From NCBI GenBank assembly GCA_040902305.1, contig JBBDXN010000134.1, positions 11,920 through 75,919 on the forward strand: DNA of 64,000 nt, written 5' to 3'. The notes beneath the pieces were generated by a model, which saw only the letters and a program-made list of their open reading frames with translations, ran no database searches and was not told the origin of the DNA. The position numbers and the translations under genes were made by a program. Within the stretch, counting starts at the first letter, position 1; each line of letters opens with the position of its first letter. Source of the DNA: Candidatus Rokuibacteriota bacterium (GTDB taxonomy: Bacteria > Methylomirabilota > Methylomirabilia > Rokubacteriales > CSP1-6). Shown here in pieces: positions 1 to 9,554 of the stretch.

Positions 1-1
1 C

Positions 2-271
2 AGCAAGGCGCTCTACAAGAGCACCGCCCTACGCCGCCACGGCCAGATCGCGGACATGATGCGCGAGGCCGACGCGGAGATCTCGCGCGACAACGCGGAG
101 GGGCTCTTCGTCACGGTGCTGGCGGGCATCCTGGACGCGCGCACCGGCGAGCTGGAGTACTGCAGCGCGGGACACGAGCCCCCGCTGCTCCTGCCGCGCG
201 CCGGCCGGCCACTGCGGCGCCTCGGGGAGGGCGGGGGGCCGCCGCTCGGCGCGGTCGACGGCTTCCCCTAG
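2..271 (+). pseudogene. PP2C/SpoIIE-type serine phosphatase fragment (5' end outside window, ends prematurely)
   Basis: Frame 2 is open from the window edge. The translation ...NAEGLFVTVLAGILDARTGELEYCSAGHEPPLLL...GGGPPLGAVDGFP* looks like the middle of a SpoIIE/RsbU PP2C domain. It stops at TAG 269-271 just after the PLG block, so the following (L)YTDG metal-binding block is missing. Sequence composition changes immediately downstream. Confidence 0.5.
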
Positions 272-324
272 GTGCGATTCCACCAAGTTACGCCCACGGA
301 TGCTTTCGCGAAAGACGCAACCCC

Positions 325-1044
325 GTGATCTACGCCAAGGCGTTCTTTGATCTCCAGCTGCAGTTCGCGCACCGAGTCGCGGACTTATCGGGCCGGCCCC
401 TGGCCAGCGTTCTATTGGAGTACACCAATCTCTATGTCCGGTTCGGCCTGGGGCGTGACTTTGATCCCGGTCATCCAGTGTGGCAGGAGTACCTGGCCGG
501 CCTGCAGGCCACGAACGACGGTCGCGGGTGGACGTATCGGTTCTACCTGGCGCGACCGAAGGCCATGGCTGCGCCGGCGGTCGTGGCGACCTTTGGCTGC
601 TTCTCCTACGCGCGGGTGAGTGGTGACCGTATCCGCCTCCACTTCCAGAACGCGGAAGCGGATGGGCGCTCCCCACTGGGGATCGAGCGCGTCGGGCGGC
701 GATTGGCGGACCTGGCCGCCCTCTTCGAGCACGTCAAGCGAACTGCGGGCCAGCCTCTCCAGGTGGTTGGGGCGTCGTGGCTATATAATCTCGAGGCATA
801 TCGCCGTCTGTTTCCGGCCCCGTACGTGGCGACCGCTCACGCGATCGGCCATCGGTTTCAGCGTATGCCGCTATGGGGGCAGTTTCTGGATCGGCATGGA
901 GAGGTCAAGGAGAGCATGACGCGGCCGTTTCTGGAGCGCCTCGAGCGCCAGGCGAGCCTGGACGACCTGGGCCGGTGTTTCCCCTTTCAGGTGCTCTCAG
1001 CCGAGGCTTCGGTGCGGGAGTTCTATGACTTCCACGGGATCTGA
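325..1044 (+). CDS. hypothetical protein (no family recognised)
   Basis: 239-aa ORF with a GTG start and coding-like composition, tightly followed by the next gene. I recognise no motif. Confidence 0.55.
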   Translation: MIYAKAFFDLQLQFAHRVADLSGRPLASVLLEYTNLYVRFGLGRDFDPGHPVWQEYLAGLQATNDGRGWTYRFYLARPKAMAAPAVVATFGCFSYARVSGDRIRLHFQNAEADGRSPLGIERVGRRLADLAALFEHVKRTAGQPLQVVGASWLYNLEAYRRLFPAPYVATAHAIGHRFQRMPLWGQFLDRHGEVKESMTRPFLERLERQASLDDLGRCFPFQVLSAEASVREFYDFHGI

Positions 1045-1053
1045 GCGAGACCG

Positions 1054-1617
1054 ATGTACTCCGCCCCGCCTACCATTACCCTGCAGCCGTTCCAGCCGTC
1101 GCATCTGGCGCTCCTGGGGGTCTGGCTCGAGGAGCCTCACGTGGCTCGCTGGTACCCCCGGTCTGCGGATGACCTGGCGCGGGCGAAGAACCCACCCGTG
1201 GGCGGGTCCCACGCAATCATCGCCTGGGGAACGGCAGAGGTTGGGTATATTCGCTGGCAGCATGTGGACCGCCACGTACTGGACGCGCTCGGCCTGCACG
1301 AAGTTCCGGCGAACTCGGTGGATATCGACATTCTCCTTGGCCACGAAGGGGCCGTCGGCAAGGGGCTGGGCCCGGCCGCCCTCGCGGTCCTCGCCGCCGA
1401 GCTTCGCCAGGACGCCGACGTCCCGCTGCTCGGGCTCACCACCTCGGTCGAGAACACTCGCGCTCACCGAGCGTTCGAGAAGGCCGGGTTTCATATCGCT
1501 CGCCAGTACGACCCCACCGGACTCGGGCCGTGTCATCTCATGGTCCGGGACCTTCGGCGTGAACTGGGCGGCCTGCCTCGGCTAGGCGCGCCTGAGGGCA
1601 TGCGGGTGACGCGATGA
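1054..1617 (+). CDS. GNAT-family N-acetyltransferase (AAC(6')/IucB-like subgroup)
   Basis: 187 aa. Contains HVARWY, the GKGLG acetyl-CoA loop and NTRAHRAFEKAGF, typical of the GNAT Acetyltransf_8-like fold. The stop overlaps the next start (ATGA). Confidence 0.8.
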   Translation: MYSAPPTITLQPFQPSHLALLGVWLEEPHVARWYPRSADDLARAKNPPVGGSHAIIAWGTAEVGYIRWQHVDRHVLDALGLHEVPANSVDIDILLGHEGAVGKGLGPAALAVLAAELRQDADVPLLGLTTSVENTRAHRAFEKAGFHIARQYDPTGLGPCHLMVRDLRRELGGLPRLGAPEGMRVTR

Positions 1618-2198
1618 CGAACGAGCAGAAACCGCAGAAGTGGTGGCAGACCGTGCCGGGGATCTTGACGGCAATAGCCGCCACCATCACCGCGGTGACC
1701 GGCCTGATCGTAGCGCTACAGCAAGCCGGGGTGTTTCAATCTCAGACGAACCCAAGTGCGCCGGTGCGGGTGAGCAAGCCGCCTGCGGGGGCCGGCACTG
1801 TGCCGGGGGCCTCGACGGCCCCGGCCGGCGGGCAGTCCACCGAGTATCCCCGCGCTCTTGCGGCGGGCACCGAGGTGCGATTGGGTAGCGCGGCCTATCG
1901 GATCCTGGCGGCGCAGCTCGATCGGCGGAACGTGGAGGAGCTGACCCTGCGCTTCACGGTGCGTATGACCAACAGCGCGAAGTACCCGACCAACTTCTGG
2001 GATGAGACCTTCCGCCTGGTCGTGGATGGTGTGCCCAGGGCGCCGGTGGGTGGACTGAACAAGCTGGTCCAGGGCGATAGTGCCGCGGAGGGGGATGTCG
2101 AGTTCGCGGTTCCAGCCGCCACGCAGTCCGCGGTCCTGCAGATCCGGCATTCCGACGAATCGACCAGGATCCCCCTCGACCTCGCGGTCAAGCGGTGA
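1614..2198 (+). CDS. single-pass membrane protein with extracytoplasmic beta-rich domain (DUF4352-like guess)
   Basis: 194 aa. N-terminal TM helix (VPGILTAIAATITAVTGLIVAL), then a Pro/Ala-rich linker, then a globular C-terminal domain. Translationally coupled to both flanking genes. Confidence 0.6.
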   Translation: MTNEQKPQKWWQTVPGILTAIAATITAVTGLIVALQQAGVFQSQTNPSAPVRVSKPPAGAGTVPGASTAPAGGQSTEYPRALAAGTEVRLGSAAYRILAAQLDRRNVEELTLRFTVRMTNSAKYPTNFWDETFRLVVDGVPRAPVGGLNKLVQGDSAAEGDVEFAVPAATQSAVLQIRHSDESTRIPLDLAVKR

Positions 2199-2611
2199 GC
2201 GGCACCCGCCACCGCCGGACCTTTCCCGCCCGCCGCGACGCGCTCCCGCAGGTGGAGGCCTTCCTCGCCGAGGTGTGCGCGGGCGCGGGGCTCGCCCACG
2301 ACGTGTGCCTGCGCGTCACGCTCCTGGTGGAGGAGCTGTTCACCAACACGGTGGTGCACGGCCACGGCGCGGACAGCGAGGCGCCGGTGCAGCTCGACTG
2401 CGAGGTGGCCCCCGGCCGTATTGCGCTCGTCTACGAGGACACCGGCCCGCCGCGCGATCCCTTCGCCGCGGTGACGAGCCCCGATCCGGGCGCGGACGTG
2501 GAGGACCGGCCGGTGGGCGGGGGCGTGCTCCTCGTCTCGGCCATGGCCGGGCAGGTCGAGTACCGGCGGGACGGTGACCGCAACCGCATCGCGCTCGTGA
2601 TCGGCGCCTAG
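2195..2611 (+). CDS. anti-sigma regulatory factor / RsbW-SpoIIAB-like Ser protein kinase (HATPase_c_2)
   Basis: 138 aa. EELFTNTVVHG is the N-box-like motif of partner-switching kinases. GTG start overlaps the upstream stop (GTGA). Confidence 0.7.
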   Translation: MSGTRHRRTFPARRDALPQVEAFLAEVCAGAGLAHDVCLRVTLLVEELFTNTVVHGHGADSEAPVQLDCEVAPGRIALVYEDTGPPRDPFAAVTSPDPGADVEDRPVGGGVLLVSAMAGQVEYRRDGDRNRIALVIGA

Positions 2612-2655
2612 GCATCCCGCGCGCGCCCTGCTACCATCCCCGCGGAGGTCTCCTC

Positions 2656-4203
2656 ATGAGCTGGAAGTCCGAGATGGACGAGCTGAAGCGCCGCGAGGAG
2701 CTCGCGGAGGGCCTGGGCGGCCCGGAGCGGGTGAAGCGGCAGCACGACGGCGGGCGCTACACGATCCGCGAGCGCATCGACCGCCTGGTGGACGCGGCCA
2801 GCTTCCACGAGATCGGCAAGATCGCGGGGAAGGCCTCCTACGACGCCAACAACGACCTCAAGGACCTCACGCCCTCGAACTTCGTCTTCGGCCGCGCCCG
2901 CCTCGACGGCCGTCCGGTGGTGGTGGGCGGCGACGACTTCACGGTGCGCGGCGGCTCGGCCGACGCCACCATCAAGGGCAAGCACAACCAGTGCGAGCAG
3001 ATGGCGAACGAGCTCAGGCTACCCCTCATTCGTCTCGTGGAAGGCTCGGGCGGCGGCGGCTCGGTGAAGACCATCGAGACCACCGGCCGCGCCAACGTGC
3101 CCGGCGTCGCCGGGTGGGAGTGGGTCGTGAACAGCATCGGCACGGTGCCGCGGGTGGCGCTCGGCCTGGGCTCGGTGGCCGGCCTCGGCGCCGCGCACCT
3201 CGCGGCCGCGCACTTCTCGCTGATGATCAAGGACAAGTCGGCGCTCTTCGTGGCGGGCCCGCCGGTGGTGGAGCGGCTCGGCCAGAAGCTCACCAAGAAT
3301 CAGCTCGGCGGCTGGCAGATCCAGCTCAAGGCGGGCGCGGTGGACCAGGCGGTGGACACCGAGGAGGAGGCCTTCGCGGCGGCGCGGCGCTTCCTCTCCT
3401 ATCTGCCCTCGTCGGTCTACGAGCTGCCGCCGCGCGGGCCGCAGACCGACGATCCCGAGCGCCGCGAGGAGTGGCTCGCCGACGCGGTGCCGCGCGACAT
3501 CCGCAAGCCGTACAAGATGCGGGCGATCGTGGAGGCGGTGGTGGACCGCGGCTCCTTCTTCGAGATCCAGCCGCTCTACGGCCGCGCCATCATCACCGGG
3601 CTGGCCCGGGTCGACGGCTGGCCGGTGGCGGTCCTGGCCAGCGATCCGTACTTCTACGGCGGCGCGTGGACCGCCGACACCTGCCAGAAGGTGGAGCGCT
3701 TCGTCGATCTCGCCCAGACCTTCCACCTGCCGGTGATCTATCTCGTGGACTGCCCGGGCTTCCTGATCGGTCTCGAAGCCGAGCAGACCGGCACGATCAA
3801 GCAGGGGGTGCGCGCGATGGCCGCCATCTGGCAGTCCACGATGCCGTGGTGCGCGGTGATCATCCGCAACGTGTTCGGGGTGGCCGGCGCGGCCCACAAG
3901 CCGGGCGCGCGCTACGGGCCTCGCTACGCGTGGCCGTCGGGGCGCTGGGGCTCGCTGCCGCTCGAGGGCGGCATCGAGGCGGCCTACCGCGCCGATCTCG
4001 ACGCGGCCCCCGATCGCGCCGCCAAGATGATCGAGATCGAGGAGCGGCTGCAGAAGCTCCGCTCGCCGTTCCGATCCGCGGAGACGTTCTGGATCGAGGA
4101 GATCATCGACCCGCGCGCCACGCGCCCGCTGCTCTGCGAGTTCGCCGAGCTGGCCGCGCCGCTGCGCGAGGCGGGCCCGTCCACCCATCGCATGCGGCCC
4201 TGA
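2656..4203 (+). CDS. acyl-CoA carboxylase carboxyltransferase (beta) subunit, propionyl/methylmalonyl-CoA type
   Basis: 515 aa. Typical N-terminus (ELKRREE...GG...V.RQH..G) and both crotonase-like halves (GGSADA..., VYLVDCPGFLIG). Confidence 0.9.
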   Translation: MSWKSEMDELKRREELAEGLGGPERVKRQHDGGRYTIRERIDRLVDAASFHEIGKIAGKASYDANNDLKDLTPSNFVFGRARLDGRPVVVGGDDFTVRGGSADATIKGKHNQCEQMANELRLPLIRLVEGSGGGGSVKTIETTGRANVPGVAGWEWVVNSIGTVPRVALGLGSVAGLGAAHLAAAHFSLMIKDKSALFVAGPPVVERLGQKLTKNQLGGWQIQLKAGAVDQAVDTEEEAFAAARRFLSYLPSSVYELPPRGPQTDDPERREEWLADAVPRDIRKPYKMRAIVEAVVDRGSFFEIQPLYGRAIITGLARVDGWPVAVLASDPYFYGGAWTADTCQKVERFVDLAQTFHLPVIYLVDCPGFLIGLEAEQTGTIKQGVRAMAAIWQSTMPWCAVIIRNVFGVAGAAHKPGARYGPRYAWPSGRWGSLPLEGGIEAAYRADLDAAPDRAAKMIEIEERLQKLRSPFRSAETFWIEEIIDPRATRPLLCEFAELAAPLREAGPSTHRMRP

Positions 4204-4216
4204 GCTGGCTCGGTCA

Positions 4217-4304
4217 ACCCACCCCTCACGACTTCCACCCCTCACCACTCCCACCCCTCACCACTCCCACCCCTCACCCTGCCCTCTCCCCTGAGGGGAG
4301 AGGG
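4217..4304. repeat. REP/BIME-like nested-palindrome repeat, copy a (partial: tandem outer-arm motifs plus one hairpin)
   Basis: CCACCCCTCAC occurs 4 times at 16-17 nt spacing, followed by the hairpin CCCTCTCCCC-TGA-GGGGAGAGGG (4282-4304). The same core is seen at 5117-5207, 14899-14937, 55975-56101 and 63309-63412. Confidence 0.8.
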
Positions 4305-4312
4305 ATATAGGG

Positions 4313-5107
4313 ATGAAAGGCTCTTTAGACATGGCGTACCAGGCCTTCGATCTCACCGGCAAGACCGCGATCGTCACCGGGGGCAATAGCGGCATCGGTC
4401 TCGGCATGGCGGAGGCGATGGCGCGCGCCGGCGCCGCGGTCTGCGTCTGGGGCACCAACGAGGACAAGAACACGCACGCGCTCGCGCGTCTGCACGCGAT
4501 CGGGGCGAAGGCCCTGGCGCTCCGCTGCGACGTGAGCGACGAGGCGGCGGTGGAGCGCGCGTTCGCGGAGACCGTGTCGACCCTCGGCGGGGTGGACGCC
4601 TGCTTCGTCAACGCGGGGGTCTCGGGCCGCGGCGGCGCCGCGAGCTTCGCGGAGATGACCACCGAGGAATGGCACCGGGTGCTGAAGGTGAATCTCGATG
4701 GCGCCTTCTTCACCCAGCGGGCGGCCGCCCGCCACATGACCGCGCGCGGCGCGGGCGGCTCGCTCGCGGTCACCGCGAGCCAGGCCGCGCTCGAGGGCTC
4801 GCCGCTCAGCGCCCACTACGCGGCCAGCAAGGGCGCCATGCTCTCGGTCATGCGCGCGCTCTCGGTGGGCCTCGCGCGGCACAAGATCCGGGTCAACGCC
4901 ATCGTGCCGGGCTGGATCGACACGCCGATGACCGAGAAGGCGGTGCACGGCGAGGCCTTCAAGACGCGCGTGCTGCCGCGCGTGCCCGTCCGGCGCTGGG
5001 GCACCGGCGACGACTTCGGCGGCATCGCGGTCTACCTGGCCAGCGACGCCAGCAGCTACCACACCGGCGACACCTTCATCATCGACGGCGGCTACGCCAT
5101 CTTTTAG
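4313..5107 (+). CDS. SDR-family oxidoreductase
   Basis: 264 aa. TGGNSGIG Rossmann motif and YAASK catalytic Y-x-x-x-K. Confidence 0.9.
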   Translation: MKGSLDMAYQAFDLTGKTAIVTGGNSGIGLGMAEAMARAGAAVCVWGTNEDKNTHALARLHAIGAKALALRCDVSDEAAVERAFAETVSTLGGVDACFVNAGVSGRGGAASFAEMTTEEWHRVLKVNLDGAFFTQRAAARHMTARGAGGSLAVTASQAALEGSPLSAHYAASKGAMLSVMRALSVGLARHKIRVNAIVPGWIDTPMTEKAVHGEAFKTRVLPRVPVRRWGTGDDFGGIAVYLASDASSYHTGDTFIIDGGYAIF

Positions 5108-5116
5108 GTCTGAGCC

Positions 5117-5207
5117 CGCCCACCCTTACCCCAGCCCTCTCCCTGGAAGGGAGAGGGGGCCGAAATCTCCCTCTCCCCTCTGGGGAGAGGGCAGGGTGAG
5201 GGGGTGG
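5117..5207. repeat. REP/BIME-like nested-palindrome repeat, copy b (full: outer arms plus two inner hairpins)
   Basis: The left arm CCCACCCTTACCCCAG pairs with the right arm CAGGGTGAGGGGGTGG. Inner hairpins are CCCTCTCCC-TGGAA-GGGAGAGGG and CCCTCTCCCC-TCT-GGGGAGAGGG. Sits between convergent gene ends. Confidence 0.8.
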
Positions 5208-5209
5208 TC

Positions 5210-5749
5210 TCAGGGAACAACCTCCCGCCACTCCCCAGGTCGCAGCTCCCCGAGGGAGTACGGCCCCACCGCCGCCCGGATCAACCGTAGCGTGGGGTGC
5301 CCCACCGCCGCGGTCATTCGCCGCACCTGCCGGTTCCGCCCCTCGCGCAGCCCGATCTCGATCCACGCGGTCGGGATCGCCGCGCGGTAGCGGATCGGCG
5401 GCTCGCGCGGCCAGAGTCGCGGCGGCTCCGAGATGAGCGCCACCCGCGCCGGCCGCGTCCGCCCGTCCTTGAGCGCGATGCCCTGACGCAAGCGCTCGAG
5501 CGCCTCCGCGGCCGGCATGCCCTCCACCTGCGCCCAGTAGACTTTCTCGACCCCGTGGCGCGGCTCGGCCAGGCGCGACTGGAGCGCGCCGTCGTCGGTC
5601 AGCAGCACGAGCCCCTCGCTGTCGTGGTCGAGGCGCCCGGCCGGGTAGACGTCGCGTACCGGCACGTGGTCGGCCAGGGTCGGCCGTCCCGCCTGGTCGG
5701 TGAACTGGCAGAGCACGCCGAACGGCTTGTTGAGCAGGAGCAGCGTCAC
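5210..5749 (-). CDS. rluE: 23S rRNA pseudouridine synthase RluE (RsuA/RluE family)
   Basis: 179 aa. [32 protein letters not shown] (catalytic Asp) and [15 protein letters not shown] match RluE closely. Confidence 0.85.
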   Translation of the reverse strand: MTLLLLNKPFGVLCQFTDQAGRPTLADHVPVRDVYPAGRLDHDSEGLVLLTDDGALQSRLAEPRHGVEKVYWAQVEGMPAAEALERLRQGIALKDGRTRPARVALISEPPRLWPREPPIRYRAAIPTAWIEIGLREGRNRQVRRMTAAVGHPTLRLIRAAVGPYSLGELRPGEWREVVP

Positions 5750-6825
5750 TCGGGCAGCAGCGGAGCCATCTGACGCGGGTCCAGCTCGAGCCAGACCTTC
5801 TCGTCCACCTCGAATACCTCGTGCGGACGGGCGGTGACCCGCAGGCTCAGCGCGCTCCCGGCGGGCCGCACCGTGTAGTCCCAGTGCTCGCCGAGATACG
5901 CGCGCTGCATCACCGCGCCGGGCACGACCGCGCCGCCCCGCTCGGCGGCGGCGGGCGGCTGGCGGTGCAGCACGATGGACTGCGGCCGCAGCGAGAAGCT
6001 CACCCGGCCCTGGGCCGCCGGCGGCTCCGCGAAGGCGCGCCGGGGGATCTCGAAGTGATCGAAGGCGATCGCCTCGCCCCGCGCCTCGCCGTCGAGGAAG
6101 TTGGTGCGGCCGATGAAGCCGGCCACGAATCGAGTACGTGGACGCGCATAGACCGCACGCGGGGCGTCCACCTGCTCGATGCGTCCCTGGTTCATGACCG
6201 CGATGCGGTCGGACGTCACCATCGCCTCCGCCTGGTCATGGGTGACGTAGACGGTCGTGATGTGGAACTCGTCGTGCAGGCGGCGGATCTCGTAGCGCAT
6301 CTCCTCACGCAGGTTCGCGTCGAGGTTGCTGAGCGGCTCGTCGAGCAGCAGGATGGTGGGCTGCACCACGATGGCGCGCGCGAGCGCCACCCGCTGCTGC
6401 TGCCCGCCCGACAGCTCCTGCGGATACCGCCCGCCCAGATGGCCCATCTGCACCACGCCCAGGATCTTGTCCACCCGCGCGCGGATCTCCACGCGCGGCA
6501 GGCGCCGGACTTCCAGGCCGAAGGCCACGTTCTCGGCCACCGTCATGTTCGGCCAGATCGCGTAGCTCTGGAAGATCATCGACATGTTGCGCTTCTCGGG
6601 CGGCAGGGTGGAGGACGGCGAGGAGATCGTGCGGCCGTCCATCGCGATGGTGCCCGCGCTCGGCTCGAGGAATCCCGCGATCATCCGGAGCGTCGTGGTC
6701 TTGCCGCAGCCGGAGGGGCCGAGCAGCGAGACGAACTCACCCTGGGCCAGGGAGAGGCTGAAGCGGTCCACCGCGGTCACGCTGCCGAAGCGGCGGCTCA
6801 CGTCGGTGAGGACGAGACGGCTCAC
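5746..6825 (-). CDS. ABC transporter ATP-binding protein (Fe3+/polyamine FbpC-PotA type)
   Basis: 359 aa. Walker [10 protein letters not shown], signature LSGGQQQR, Walker B LLLDEP, and a C-terminal TOBE-like region. Confidence 0.9.
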   Translation of the reverse strand: MSRLVLTDVSRRFGSVTAVDRFSLSLAQGEFVSLLGPSGCGKTTTLRMIAGFLEPSAGTIAMDGRTISSPSSTLPPEKRNMSMIFQSYAIWPNMTVAENVAFGLEVRRLPRVEIRARVDKILGVVQMGHLGGRYPQELSGGQQQRVALARAIVVQPTILLLDEPLSNLDANLREEMRYEIRRLHDEFHITTVYVTHDQAEAMVTSDRIAVMNQGRIEQVDAPRAVYARPRTRFVAGFIGRTNFLDGEARGEAIAFDHFEIPRRAFAEPPAAQGRVSFSLRPQSIVLHRQPPAAAERGGAVVPGAVMQRAYLGEHWDYTVRPAGSALSLRVTARPHEVFEVDEKVWLELDPRQMAPLLPE

Positions 6826-8504
6826 GAGGCGGTCCTCTTCAAGAGAAAATCGCGGCCGACGAGGCGGAAGCCCAGCAGCACCAGCGCCACCGTGCCCACG
6901 ACCAGGATGAGGCCCATCGAGGAGAGCACCTCGAAGTTGCCCTCGTCGCTCTTGTCGAAGAGCAGGACCGAGAGTACCTGGGTGCCGGTGGTGTAGAGGA
7001 AGATGGCGGAGGACAGCTCGCGGGTGGCCGGGATGAACACGAGGATGAAGGCGCCGGCCAGCCCGCGCTTGAGCAGCGGCGCCACCACGCGGCGCAGGGC
7101 CAGCAGCCGGCTCCCGCCCAGGATGCGGGCGGCGTCCTCAAGCTCCGGGTTGATGCTGCGCAGCGCCGCGTCGCTGTTCGTGTACGCGATCGGCAGGAAG
7201 CGGGTGGCGAAGGCCAGGATCAGGATCCACGCGGTGCCGTAGAGCACGAGCGGCTTCGTGGTGTACGCGGCGTAGAAGCCGATGGCGAGCACGATGCCCG
7301 GGATCACGAAGGGCGCCATCGCCACGTAGGTCAGCGCGCGGCCGAACGGCACCAGCCGCCGGGCCACGATGTAGGCGATGGCCAGAGCCAGGCCGAGCGC
7401 GATGATGGACGCGACCGCCGCGTAGACGAAGGTGTTGACGGTCGCCGCGCGGGTGGCGGTCTGGTCGAAGAGCACGAAGCGCAGGTTGTGCAAGGTGAGG
7501 TTGTCCCAGGAGAAGCCGCGGCCCCAGGCCTTCGCGAAGGCGGCCTGCAGCACCACCACCATCGGCACGAAGAAGGACAGCGAGGTCACGAAGAGGCAGT
7601 AGCCGAGCAGGGCCCAGCGCCAGCGGCCGAGCCGCACCATGCGCCGCTCACCGCCCTTGCCGGTGAGGGCCACGAAGCCCTTGCGCGCCATCAGGCGGTA
7701 CTGGAGCCAGAACAGGAACACGGTGATCAGCAGCAGCGGCATCGCGTAGGCGGCCGCCTCCTGCAGGCGCGGGGGGAACTCGAACATCTGCCACAGCATG
7801 GTGGTCATGACCTGGAAGCGGGCGGGGAGCGCGATGAGGGCGGGGGCGCCGAACAGGGCGATCGCCTCCAGGAACTCCACGATGAAGGCGCCCATGATCG
7901 CGGGCAGCGCGAGCGGCAGGGTCACCCGGAGGGTGGTGCGGAGCGTGGAGGCCCCGAGCGTGCTCGCCGCGTCCTCCATCTCGGAGGAGATCAGGTCGAG
8001 GGCGGAGCGGGTGAACACGAACATGTAGGGGAACGAATAGCAGGCGATGACCAGCACCAGCCCGGTCTTGCTGTAGATGTTGAAGGGGCCGGCGTCGGCG
8101 CCGGTCAGCCCGGTGTAGATGCGGTTGAGCCAGCCCGCGTTGGGGCCCGCCATGAGGATCCAGGCCACCGCGCCCAGGTAGTTGGGCATGATGAAGGTGC
8201 CGAGGACGGAGGCCCACACCAGCCCCTTGCCCGGCATGTCGGTGCGGGACACCGCCCACGCCATCGGCACCCCGAACACGATACAGAGCCCCGCTGCTGC
8301 GAGCCCGACGACCAGGGAATTGATCAGCGCTTCGATGTTGCGCCAGCGGCCGTAGGCGGCCGCGTAATTCTCGAGCGTGAAGGCGCCGGTCTGTGGATGC
8401 TCGAAGCTCGCCCACAGGAGACGGGCGAGCGGATTGACCACGAGCAGCAGCAGCAGCGCGATCAGCAGCAGCCAGACGACGAGCGACTTGTCTCTAGATA
8501 CCAA
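6822..8504 (-). CDS. ABC transporter permease, fused two-domain (FbpB-like)
   Basis: 560 aa, polytopic, with two EAA-type permease modules (EDAASTLGAS..., EDAARILGGS...). 4-nt overlap with the ATPase gene. Confidence 0.9.
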   Translation of the reverse strand: MVSRDKSLVVWLLLIALLLLLVVNPLARLLWASFEHPQTGAFTLENYAAAYGRWRNIEALINSLVVGLAAAGLCIVFGVPMAWAVSRTDMPGKGLVWASVLGTFIMPNYLGAVAWILMAGPNAGWLNRIYTGLTGADAGPFNIYSKTGLVLVIACYSFPYMFVFTRSALDLISSEMEDAASTLGASTLRTTLRVTLPLALPAIMGAFIVEFLEAIALFGAPALIALPARFQVMTTMLWQMFEFPPRLQEAAAYAMPLLLITVFLFWLQYRLMARKGFVALTGKGGERRMVRLGRWRWALLGYCLFVTSLSFFVPMVVVLQAAFAKAWGRGFSWDNLTLHNLRFVLFDQTATRAATVNTFVYAAVASIIALGLALAIAYIVARRLVPFGRALTYVAMAPFVIPGIVLAIGFYAAYTTKPLVLYGTAWILILAFATRFLPIAYTNSDAALRSINPELEDAARILGGSRLLALRRVVAPLLKRGLAGAFILVFIPATRELSSAIFLYTTGTQVLSVLLFDKSDEGNFEVLSSMGLILVVGTVALVLLGFRLVGRDFLLKRTAS

Positions 8505-9540
8505 AGGTCTCGCGGAACTGCTCCTTCACCTCCGGGATGCCCTTCTCGATCTCGGCGGCGGAGGGCCGGATCGTCTTGACCTCCGCGATGGACTTGCCGC
8601 CCGTCATCGGCTTCACGTGCTTGTTCACCGGGTCCTGGTGCTGCTTCACCATCACCTCGTTGCCCTCCCGGCTCAGCAGGTATTCCATGAAGAGCTTGGC
8701 CGCGTTGGGGGCGGGGGCGTTCTTGAGGATGCCGGAGGCCGAGACCATCAGCACCGCGCCGTCCTCCGGATAGACCACCGCGAGGGGATTGCCCTTGGCC
8801 TTGCTCTCCAGCGTGGTGGCCGACGGGCCCGCGGCCACGATGGACTCCTTGGCGTTCAGCATGGTCACGGTGTCGTTGATCGAGCGGCCGATGCGCGGCT
8901 TGTTCAGCTCGAGCTTCTTGAAGTAGTCCCAGCCGTGGAGCTTGCGCATCTGCACGACCCAGGTTCCCACGTAGCCGCTGAAGCCCGGATGGCCGATCGA
9001 GACCTTCCCCTTCCACTTGGGGTCGGTGAGGTCGGCCCACTTCTTTGGGGCCTCCGAGGCGGATACCACGCTCGTATTGTAGGTGATGAGGACGAGACCC
9101 GCCGCGGTGGCCACGAACTGGTCCTCCGGGTCGTTGAACGGCCGGAAGGCGTCCACCAGCTCGCCGAGAGTCTTCGGCTTGTAGGCCTGTAGCCAGCCGT
9201 CCTGCTTCATCCTGGTGTAGTGGCTCTGATCGGTGGAGCTGATCACCGAGGCCTGGGCGATGCCCGCCTTCTGGTCCTGGGCGAGCCGCTGGTAGGCGAC
9301 CTGGGCGGTGGTGCGGATGTAGTTGCACTTCACGCCCGGGTACTTCTTCTCGAAGCCCTGGCAGATGGCCGCCGCGGTCTCCGAGTTGTAGTGGGCGGTG
9401 TACCAGGTGAGCTCCTTCTCCTTCTTGGCCGCCTCGTGGAGCGGCTTCTCGCCGTCGAAGGCGACCGCGGGCGCGCTCCTCATGCCGACGACGGACAGGA
9501 CCGCGAGTACCGCGACGATGAACACTCGAATGGATGTCAT
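8494..9540 (-). CDS. ABC transporter periplasmic substrate-binding protein (Fe3+-type family 1)
   Basis: 348 aa with a signal peptide (MTSIRVFIVAVLAVLSVVGMRSAPA). First gene of the binding protein, permease, ATPase order. Confidence 0.85.
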   Translation of the reverse strand: MTSIRVFIVAVLAVLSVVGMRSAPAVAFDGEKPLHEAAKKEKELTWYTAHYNSETAAAICQGFEKKYPGVKCNYIRTTAQVAYQRLAQDQKAGIAQASVISSTDQSHYTRMKQDGWLQAYKPKTLGELVDAFRPFNDPEDQFVATAAGLVLITYNTSVVSASEAPKKWADLTDPKWKGKVSIGHPGFSGYVGTWVVQMRKLHGWDYFKKLELNKPRIGRSINDTVTMLNAKESIVAAGPSATTLESKAKGNPLAVVYPEDGAVLMVSASGILKNAPAPNAAKLFMEYLLSREGNEVMVKQHQDPVNKHVKPMTGGKSIAEVKTIRPSAAEIEKGIPEVKEQFRETFGI

Positions 9541-9554
9541 GGGCGGTTTCTCCT

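Noticed and set aside
4217-5207. CRISPR array explanation for the recurring palindromic repeats
   Set aside because: The copies are dispersed over 59 kb and are not regularly spaced. Each is itself a nested palindrome of variable architecture. No cas genes are present.
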